The notes under the pieces are model-generated. The model made no database searches, was not told the origin of the DNA, and saw nothing but the letters and a program-made list of their open reading frames with translations. Of a DNA stretch of 64,000 bases, positions 20,401 to 27,862 are shown in pieces. Source of the DNA: Patescibacteria group bacterium. Its GTDB lineage: Bacteria; Patescibacteriota; Minisyncoccia; Phycocordibacterales; Phycocordibacteraceae. How positions within the stretch are numbered: position 1 is the stretch's first letter; each line of letters begins with the position of its first letter. Both the position numbers and the translations under genes were made by a program. The stretch is taken from positions 418,859 to 482,858 of the forward strand of contig JAIETW010000001.1 of NCBI GenBank assembly GCA_019744845.1, in the 5' to 3' direction.

Positions 20401-22974
20401 CCGTGGGTTACTTCTACGGCTTCAAAGTCACCGTTCACAAGAAGCTCTTCTCCTGGTTCACAGATAGCGCCTGCTTCACAACCCTCTACGACAAGAGATA
20501 CGACGACATCGTTGTAGTCCTCATCTCCTTCAGAGATAGAGAAGGTCTTCAAATGCAATTGCGTACGTATCGTCAGTCACGTTGTAGACAAGTGCGTGTG
20601 CCTCGCCTCCTGCGTTAAGCGCATTGTCCGTTGCGTAGTAGTCGTAGCTGACGCCATCCCAATCAGCCATTGCAAACACAAGGGTGTTTACGTTTGCCAC
20701 TGAGAAGTTCATGTCTGCGCCATACACAAGCTCGGTAGCTGCAGCGTATGGAGCTCCTACAAGTCCTTCGCGGAAGAGTGGGGTGAAAGATCCACCGTTG
20801 AGGAAGTATCCGAACACATGGGTGTGTCCAGAGTTATCGTCCTCGCTGATGTTCTTCACTGAGAAGTGCACAGTGTTCCCTGTACCACTCCAGCTTTCAA
20901 AGTTGTCCTGATCGTTTGCGGCGTTTGGTGCATCTCCTGCGTATTCCGCATCAAGGATCTGCTGGAGAGTGTCCTCGGCGAGTGGTGAAGTACCAATCAT
21001 TACTATGGAACCTTCCTCACTTGGAACGATACATGAGTTCTCAATCGTCTCGTCTACGACGCCACAGGCGCTGCCTTCAATAGAAAGGCGGTAGAGAAGA
21101 CCGGCTGGGTTTACCTCCGGATCCTGTGTTGCGTACGCAAGGTTCTTTACCGTGAACTCAATGGTGTTCGTACCAGTCTGGAGCTCGCTCGTGATGTCTA
21201 CTGAATCAACGGGGTCATTGTAGTTCTGGTCATCCCCATCAAGGAGGGTGAGCTGATCTACCACCTGAGTTCCGTTCACTTCAATAGCGACCCCATTATC
21301 TGCAGCAAACTCAAGATCTGCATTCGTTGGAATAGCGTCAAGAGAGAAGCTGCGGGTGAAGACGACAGTCTGATCAGAACCTGGAGCGGCTACGTAGTAG
21401 CTATCCCAGATCCACTGAGCGCCACTTGCATCAAGCGCATCTGCCCATGCAGTGTGTTCAAAGGTGAGCACCGATGGGTTGCCTCCGATAAGGGTCTGCG
21501 TGTCTGAGACCAAGGTGCACTGCCCTGCGGGCTCAGGCTCCCCATCTCCGATACATGCCTCCTCATCTGCTTCGTCCTCAATCAAGAAGTCACCGTGCGC
21601 CTCGTGTGCACTGAGTGCGTTCTGATTAATGGAGATGATTTCAGTTGGATTCGTCTCGCTCTCGGTGTAGTGACAGATATCTACCATTACCACTGGCACA
21701 CACTGATCCTGATTGTTCAGTTCGTAGCCCTGGTCGCAGGTTTCAGAAACTGGAGCGACATCAATATCTACCGTTGCGACGTTACTGTCGAGGGATCCGT
21801 CGTTTACACGGAAGGTGAACTGATCACTTCCGTAGAAGTTGAAGTCAGGATCATACGTAAGGTTTGGCGCAGTGCCCTCCAAATCTCCATGATCAGGACC
21901 ATCTACGATTTCCCAGGTGAGCGGATCGCTTTCTGAGTCAGTTGCATTCAATACGAATGCAACGTCTTGGTCTTCGTTTGTATCAACATCTTTGTCAAAG
22001 GCAACTGGTGCCTCGTTCACGTTGTACGTGACGACGTTATCAAGACTGGTTGAGGCATCGTTTGGATTTCCAGACGCATCCTGTGCACCTCCTGCAGGGA
22101 TAGAAACGACGACCGTGTCGTTGTTTGAGTTATCCATGCCACTCACCTTAATGGTGTAAGTGGTTGGTCCTCCCGTTACCTGTACCGTTGCGTTTACAGG
22201 AAGGTCAAACGCAGATCCAGATACAAGTACATCAGCTTCATCAAAGCCGACAACCGGCTCGCTGAAGACTGCAGTGAATTCAATTGGAGAAGAGGCGGTT
22301 GGGTCTATTTGGGTGTTCTTCTGATTTACGGTCACGGTTGGGTCCGTGGTGTCTGGGATGCTTCCTTCAATGAGGACTCCGTCTACGCGGAAGTACTCGT
22401 CGGAGGAACTGGCATCAGTACGGAAGCGGATGAACCAGGAAGAATCATTGTCTAGCTCATCGGGAAGGTTGATGGTCTGAAGTGGACTCCAATTCGTGTC
22501 CGAGTGCAATTCGTGGCTTGCAAGTTCGTCCCAGCTATTGGCATTAGAGTTACATACCTGATCGCTAGTGCCGTTTGCAGTTGCACGGTACTCAACCACT
22601 CCGTAGTCCTGATTATTCTCTGCATCACTGTCTCCATTCCAGTAGTACTTGAGAGTGAGGTTGGTGAGGCCAGAGGTATTCACCTGACGACAAATCCACT
22701 CTCCATCAGCAATCTTTGCAAAACGTCCGTCGTTTGGACTTTTCACGTCCTCACCACTGTTCTGGCCTTGTCGTGCAAGAGTGGAAGAATCATTATCATC
22801 CCCCTCTTCGTTCCATCCAGAAATGTCATTTGCGTTATTCCCTGTTCCAAACCCATCTGAAAGCACGGTGTCAGCAAGTGCTGGAGTGCTTACCGGAAGC
22901 ACAAGCGAAACCGCCACGGCAAGGACCAACAGAAAACGTCCCGACTTTTGTGCGGCTGAATAAAGATTTTTCAT
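17451..22974 (-). pseudogene. Giant multidomain surface/adhesin protein interrupted by one frameshift (~20541); ORF halves 20530-22974 and 17451-20558
   Basis: Signal peptide, Ig-like and Big_9-like repeats, two lectin-like WIW…AADN…GLLY modules, DUF4114 motif split as AFEDL / GDEDYNDVVV, DUF642-like, SpaA-like and C-terminal PG-binding domain. Confidence 0.75.
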
Positions 22975-23057
22975 GAAGTAAATATTTTGACGTGCGCTAC
23001 AAAAGCGACGCGCTATGTAATTGCACCTATTAAGTAAGAGAACGAAGAACCCCAATT

Positions 23058-23140
23058 GCCCCCGCTGCCGAGAGGTGAAGATGACCTGGAGTTCCTCAAG
23101 ATGAGGTACGCCCCTGAGATCTCCGCCCCAAGGTACGAGC
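23058..23140 (-). ncRNA. Candidate structured 5' leader of the adhesin gene
   Basis: Rod of stems GGGG-GGAGAT/ATCTTC-CCTC, GGGG/CTCC, apical CCTCA-TCT-TGAGG; downstream of TTGACA-N16-TAGGCT. Confidence 0.45.
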
Positions 23141-23238
23141 TATGACTCAGCCTATACTTATATGTCAACCTGTCAATGAAAATTTGATATGTCAAAAGGC
23201 CGTTTGTACACACCTTATCCCCTGCTACTATTGGGGAT

Positions 23239-24030
23239 ATGAAAATCGTCTCCTGGAATGTAAACGGCATACGCGCAGTACACAGAAAGGGCGTATTTAT
23301 GCCCTTTCTCAGGGACTTGAAACCCGATATCCTCTGTCTTCAAGAGACAAAGGCCGAAAAGGGTCAGGCAGAGATAGATCTCCAGGGGTATGAAGAGTTC
23401 TGGCACTCCGCCGAAAAGAAGGGATACAGTGGTACGGCAATATTCACTAAGACCACCCCTGTGAACGTACTCTTTGGTCTCCCAGAGGACCTAGTAAAGA
23501 AGTACGGTCTCGCAGACGATGGATACGGGAACCCTAATAAGGAGGGGCGCATTATCACCATGGATACGGGACAAATATATGTAGTGTCAGTATATACACC
23601 GAACGCAAAGGACGACCTTTCTCGCCTTCCCCTCCGGCACAAGCAGTGGGATCCAGCCTTTTTGGAGTATATGAAACGCCTAGAAGCTGAAAAACCCGTT
23701 GTTTTCTGCGGTGATTTGAACGTTGCCCATACTCCAGACGATCTTGCCCGTCCTAAGGCAAATGTAGGGGTAAAGGGATTCACCAACGAAGAGCGTGAAG
23801 GCATAGACCATATAATAGAGGGAGGCTTTGTGGACACCTTCCGCCTCTTCACCGAAGGGAACGGCCACTACACCTGGTGGAGTCACTTCGCACAGGCACG
23901 TGAACGCAATGTGGGTTGGCGCATTGATTACATTTTCGTTTCCAAGAAACTTGCTTCAAAGGTAAAGAAAGCAGAAATTCATGCAGACGTTCTAGGTTCA
24001 GATCACTGCCCTGTCTCCATCACGCTATAA
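23239..24030 (+). CDS. xth: Exodeoxyribonuclease III / AP endonuclease
   Basis: SWNVNGIRA, LQETK, GDLNVAH, GWRIDY, SDHCP. Confidence 0.96.
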   Translation: MKIVSWNVNGIRAVHRKGVFMPFLRDLKPDILCLQETKAEKGQAEIDLQGYEEFWHSAEKKGYSGTAIFTKTTPVNVLFGLPEDLVKKYGLADDGYGNPNKEGRIITMDTGQIYVVSVYTPNAKDDLSRLPLRHKQWDPAFLEYMKRLEAEKPVVFCGDLNVAHTPDDLARPKANVGVKGFTNEEREGIDHIIEGGFVDTFRLFTEGNGHYTWWSHFAQARERNVGWRIDYIFVSKKLASKVKKAEIHADVLGSDHCPVSITL

Positions 24031-24092
24031 AGGACATATAGGACACTATCCACACCCTTGTCCTTTACGTATGTCCTTTATACGACTATGAT
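24028..24092 (+). promoter_or_regulatory. Promoter (TTTACG-N17-TATGAT) embedded in four AGGACA motifs around a DnaA-box-like CTATCCACA
   Basis: TAAAGGACA 24028, TATAGGACA 24037, CTATCCACA 24046, TGTCCTTTA 24059 and 24072. Confidence 0.55.
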
Positions 24093-24098
24093 CGTACT

Positions 24099-24310
24099 TA
24101 GGTTCGCTCTTTGCCAGCTCTTTCATCAGCGCAGCACGTGCTCTCCTTCCAACGATTTAGGGCGTATCCCTCTAATAAAGATCGGATAGGAGGTTCCACG
24201 TGAAAAGCGAGATACCAGGAAGCCGTCGGGTAACCAACACTCCTGAGGATCATACAAAAATTGCCCCCGCCCCTTATTTTTGGTCCTCAATATGGTTCGA
24301 CGGCTTTTTG
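24099..24310 (+). ncRNA. Candidate structured ncRNA between convergent xth and cca
   Basis: Promoter upstream, two GCTCTTT boxA-like words, two long stems, final stem AAGCCGTCG/CGACGGCTT followed by a T-run. Confidence 0.5.
24192..24207. promoter_or_regulatory. parS-like site 1
   Basis: GGTTCCACGTGAAAAG versus consensus TGTTTCACGTGAAACA. Confidence 0.65.
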
Positions 24311-24323
24311 CTTTATTACCCCT

Positions 24324-24339
24324 AGTTTCACGTGAAAAG
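24324..24339. promoter_or_regulatory. parS-like site 2
   Basis: AGTTTCACGTGAAAAG. Confidence 0.72.
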
Positions 24340-24341
24340 CC

Positions 24342-25805
24342 CTAGGATACGTGATGTTTCTTGAGGATCTCCTTAAGAGCCTCTTCCTCCTTTTCTTCCT
24401 TCTTTTTACGGCCTGCCTCCCCCAAATCCTGCAGATCCTTATCTGAAAGCTTTAGGTACTCTTCAGTCTTTGCATCCAGATATTTCTCTGTATTCTTCTT
24501 AGGATCCTCAAGAACCTCCTCTAGGAGGGCGTTTAGGATCCATCCTATCTTTGGTCCTGGTTCCACGTGGAACTGGCTCATGAGGCGGTTCCCATCCGTC
24601 TTTAGCATACCTACAGATATAGGGTCACGGAGCGCCTCTTCCACCATAGCTTTGTACTTACGGAACCTGAATGGCTGTTCCTTAGGGCGCCCGGTACCAA
24701 TACGGTCACAAACCCGGAGATTAAGGAGATCTTCAATATTCTCCTCTCCTACGTTCCGTATAGTTCTACGGACGGCCGAAAGGGTGACCTGATCCGGATC
24801 TGAGAAAAACATGTGCCATCGCACCATTTTGCTAACCTTCTCTATGGTTTCACGTGAAAACTTGAGATCCTCTAGTGCTTTCTTAGCCACACGACCTCCA
24901 ACCACCTCATGCCCGTGGAACGTCCAGTCCTTCTTCTCATCAGACCAGCGGCGGGTCTCAGGCTTAGATATGTCATGAAACAGGGCAGAGAGACGGAGAT
25001 TTAGGTCCCATCCCTTATCCGCAGCATGCTGAAGACTTCGTAGATTGTGCTCAAAAACGTCGTAGCTGTGTGCCTGGTTTTGATCCACTCCTATGCCACG
25101 TGGAAGATCAGGAGCAATATACTGCAAAAGTCCGAGCTGCTGACAAAGCACAATTCCCATCATCGGCTGATCTGATTTCAAGAGCTTTACAAACTCATCC
25201 CGGATACGTTCCTTTGAAATATGGCCTAGATTATGGCTCTTTTCTTGAATTCCTGCTGCCGTTTCTGCATCAAGGGCAAGACCAAGCTCTGCAACAAAAC
25301 GAACCGCACGCATAAGGCGAAGGCCATCTTCTTCAAAGCGCTCTCTGGGATCCCGTACAGTCCTGAGCACCCTAGACTCAATGTCCTTTTGTCCTTTATA
25401 AGGATCTACCAAATGTCCTTTAGATTCATCGTACGCAATGGCGTTAATCGTGAAGTCTCTCCGAGCAAGATCCTCATCAAGACTCTGGCCAAATGACACC
25501 GCATCAGGACGGCGCTTGTCGGTATATCCGGACTCCGTGCGATAGGGAGTTACCTCAATCACGCGAAGTGTTTCATCCTCTGTTTCTAGCTTCACCCCCA
25601 CGGTTCCAAAGTCATTCTCATAGAAGGACTCGGGGAAGACTTTCTGAATCTCCTCTGGGGTGGCGTTGGTCGTTACATCCCAATCCTTGGGCTTCCGGCC
25701 CATGAGCATATCGCGTACACAACCTCCAACCAGGTACGCTTCAAAGCCCGCGTTCCGGAGAGCATCAGCGACTGTACGCACTTCAATCGGAACACTCATT
25801 TGCAT
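24342..25805 (-). CDS. cca: CCA-adding tRNA nucleotidyltransferase / poly(A) polymerase family with HD domain
   Basis: VGGCVRD…DWDVTT, RRDFTINA, EDGLRLMRAVRF, ERIRDE, HDISK. Confidence 0.9.
   Translation of the reverse strand: MQMSVPIEVRTVADALRNAGFEAYLVGGCVRDMLMGRKPKDWDVTTNATPEEIQKVFPESFYENDFGTVGVKLETEDETLRVIEVTPYRTESGYTDKRRPDAVSFGQSLDEDLARRDFTINAIAYDESKGHLVDPYKGQKDIESRVLRTVRDPRERFEEDGLRLMRAVRFVAELGLALDAETAAGIQEKSHNLGHISKERIRDEFVKLLKSDQPMMGIVLCQQLGLLQYIAPDLPRGIGVDQNQAHSYDVFEHNLRSLQHAADKGWDLNLRLSALFHDISKPETRRWSDEKKDWTFHGHEVVGGRVAKKALEDLKFSRETIEKVSKMVRWHMFFSDPDQVTLSAVRRTIRNVGEENIEDLLNLRVCDRIGTGRPKEQPFRFRKYKAMVEEALRDPISVGMLKTDGNRLMSQFHVEPGPKIGWILNALLEEVLEDPKKNTEKYLDAKTEEYLKLSDKDLQDLGEAGRKKKEEKEEEALKEILKKHHVS
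24559..24574. promoter_or_regulatory. parS-like site 3 (inside cca)
   Basis: GGTTCCACGTGGAACT, 14-bp perfect palindrome. Confidence 0.75.
24846..24861. promoter_or_regulatory. parS-like site 4 (inside cca)
   Basis: GGTTTCACGTGAAAAC. Confidence 0.72.
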
Positions 25806-25845
25806 ACACGCATTCTACCAGCAGAATGTGGTACTGTGCCCGTAC

Positions 25846-25917
25846 GCTCCCGTGGTGAAATGGATATCACATCAGTCTTCGGAACTGCGGTTCCAGGTTC
25901 GAGTCCTGGCGGGAGCA
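25846..25917 (+). tRNA. tRNA-Arg(UCG)
   Basis: Acceptor GCTCCCG/CGGGAGC, anticodon loop CTTCGGA, T-loop TTCGAGT; full CCA not encoded. Confidence 0.92.
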
Positions 25918-25936
25918 CCGGTATACTAGTTTCACT

Positions 25937-26287
25937 ATGAGTGACCCAGAATCATTTGGCCCAGCAACCCCTCGCGCAGAAAGGGAGCTGCCACGAAGCA
26001 CGCTTGTAGAGTGCATACAGAAAGCACGCAAAGAAGTGGGTCTCCACGTACTTGATGCGGGGCGGATTGGCGCTGCACTTGCGGAAGCATCTAAACCCTT
26101 TGCAAAAGATTTGAAACGTTCTGCGACCCAGGGTCGTGAATACATATATCCATCAGCAGACATGCAGCGCGCCGTACTCCGCGCAGCAGTACTTGAAGGG
26201 CCAAGTGCACGATATCTCACTGAAGATGAGAAAGAACGTCTCCTCACTGCGGCATTGCGACTGCTCGCTCACAAGCAGGGCGCATAA
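25937..26287 (+). CDS. Hypothetical protein
   Basis: 116-aa ORF, TATACT 9 nt upstream of ATG. Confidence 0.6.
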   Translation: MSDPESFGPATPRAERELPRSTLVECIQKARKEVGLHVLDAGRIGAALAEASKPFAKDLKRSATQGREYIYPSADMQRAVLRAAVLEGPSARYLTEDEKERLLTAALRLLAHKQGA

Positions 26288-26293
26288 CCTTAC

Positions 26294-27457
26294 ATGCAAA
26301 TAAAAAACCTTCCCACTCCGTGTTACGTGTATGATCGTGCGGTTATTGAGAAACGCTGTCGCGATCTCAAGACCTATTTCCCAGGCGTAAAGATTTTCTA
26401 CGCGGTTAAGGCCAACAGCAATCCTGAGCTCCTCAAGATCATCCGCAAAGAAGGACTTGGTATTGAATGCGTATCCCCAGGAGAAATCCGTGCGGGGCAG
26501 GCTGCCGGCATGACAAAAGAAAAGATCAGCTTCACCTGTTCCAACCTCTCTGAGTCTGACCTTGTATTTGCGGCGCGAAACGCCGGGTACGTACACATAG
26601 ACTCGCTCGTACAGCTAGAGACATGGGGGAAGAAGAAGCTCGGGAGGGATGTCTCCCTTCGTATTAACGAAGGCATTGGCACTGGCCACCATCGCCATGT
26701 TGTGACCGGAGGCCCGGATAGTAAGTTCGGCATAAGTCTCAAGGATCTCCCCGCCGCACGAAAGATTGTAAAGAAATACGGACTCCGTGTGGTGTCTCTT
26801 GAGCAGCACATTGGTTCTAACGTGCTTGATAAGGATGCAGATATTTTCCTCAAGTCCGTACGAAAGCTTCTTCGGTCTGCAGAAGAATTTCCTGAGGTGC
26901 GCCACGTAGACTTCGGCGGAGGGTTCGGTATTCCATACCGTCCTACCGATCGTGCGCTCAATCTCAAAACACTCGGAAAAGAATTCACCAGCCTCACCAA
27001 CGCATTCGCAGAAAAGAGGGGAGGGAAGGTCACCTTTGCGCTTGAGCCAGGACGCTACGTAGTCGCGGAATCAGGCACGCTCCTTACGACGGTGGTAGAT
27101 ATGAAGTCCACTAGCAAGCACCAGTTTGTAGGGGTAAATTCAGGCTTTAACCACCTTATCCGTCCTGCAATGTATGGTTCATACCATCCTATAGAGAACC
27201 TCTCCCGAAAGGGGACCAAGAAAACGGTAACCATTGCCGGGAATGTCTGTGAGTCAGGAGACATCTTTGCCACACACCGGAGCATTGTCGCTCCGAAGAT
27301 TGGGGACGTACTTGCAATAGGGAATGCAGGCGCCTATGGCATGAGCATGGCCTCGGTATACAACCTCCGTGAGCTGCCGCGAGAGTTCATCTTAGAAAAA
27401 GGGAAGGCTCGTGAGATCACCTTCTCTCCAGAAGCGCGCGTGCGCACAAAGAAGTAG
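26294..27457 (+). CDS. lysA: Diaminopimelate decarboxylase
   Basis: YAVKAN (PLP Lys), TGGPDSKFG, HIGS, DFGGG, EPGRY, CESGD, GAYG. Confidence 0.88.
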   Translation: MQIKNLPTPCYVYDRAVIEKRCRDLKTYFPGVKIFYAVKANSNPELLKIIRKEGLGIECVSPGEIRAGQAAGMTKEKISFTCSNLSESDLVFAARNAGYVHIDSLVQLETWGKKKLGRDVSLRINEGIGTGHHRHVVTGGPDSKFGISLKDLPAARKIVKKYGLRVVSLEQHIGSNVLDKDADIFLKSVRKLLRSAEEFPEVRHVDFGGGFGIPYRPTDRALNLKTLGKEFTSLTNAFAEKRGGKVTFALEPGRYVVAESGTLLTTVVDMKSTSKHQFVGVNSGFNHLIRPAMYGSYHPIENLSRKGTKKTVTIAGNVCESGDIFATHRSIVAPKIGDVLAIGNAGAYGMSMASVYNLRELPREFILEKGKAREITFSPEARVRTKK

Positions 27458-27492
27458 AACAGAAGCCAGGCACATGCTATGATGCCGGGCAC

Positions 27493-27566
27493 GCGGCTAT
27501 CGTTTAGTGGTAGGACGCGTCCTTGCCAAGGACGAGATGGGAGTTCGATTCTCCCTAGCCGCACCA
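27493..27566 (+). tRNA. tRNA-Gly(GCC)
   Basis: GCGGCTA/TAGCCGC, CGTCC-TTGCCAA-GGACG, encoded CCA. Confidence 0.96.
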
Positions 27567-27571
27567 AAGCC

Positions 27572-27598
27572 AAAAATGACCCGAAATGGGTCATTTTT
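27572..27598 (+). terminator. Intrinsic terminator
   Basis: AAAAATGACCC-GAAAT-GGGTCATTTTT. Confidence 0.8.
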
Positions 27599-27631
27599 CG
27601 TTATTTGAACTGTCGACAAACCTGTGCACAC

Positions 27632-27690
27632 TGGGGATAAAGGACAATAGGACAGTCCCTATAAAAATACCAAAGTCCTACGAATATGCT
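27632..27690 (+). promoter_or_regulatory. Promoter region with tandem AGGACA motif and DnaA-box-like TGGGGATAA
   Basis: TAAAGGACA-ATAGGACA 27638-27654, degenerate inverted copies AGTCCCTAT and AGTCCTAC, -10 TATGCT at 27685. Confidence 0.5.
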
Positions 27691-27788
27691 GTATATGTTC
27701 AGTATTTCTTTCGGTCGTCTTATATACACTAAATCTTCATCCAGATGAGATGTGTATTCCTAAGCGCTTCATGTTAGGATGCGCGGAC

Positions 27789-27859
27789 CGGGCCGTCGTA
27801 TACCGGTAGTACGCTTGCTTTGGGAGCAAGATGACAGGGTTCGATTCCCTGCGGCCCGA
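27789..27859 (+). tRNA. tRNA-Pro(UGG)
   Basis: CGGGCCG/CGGCCCG, CTTGC-TTTGGGA-GCAAG, TTCGATT; CCA not encoded. Confidence 0.93.
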
Positions 27860-27862
27860 TGA

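Noticed and set aside
17451-22974. Diversity-generating retroelement target
   Set aside because: No reverse transcriptase and no near-identical TR/VR pair differing at adenines seen in the window.
24099-24310. Identity as SRP RNA, tmRNA or RNase P RNA
   Set aside because: No SRP CAGG…GGAA…AGCAG domain, no tRNA-like ends and no RNase P GAGGAAAGUCC signature.
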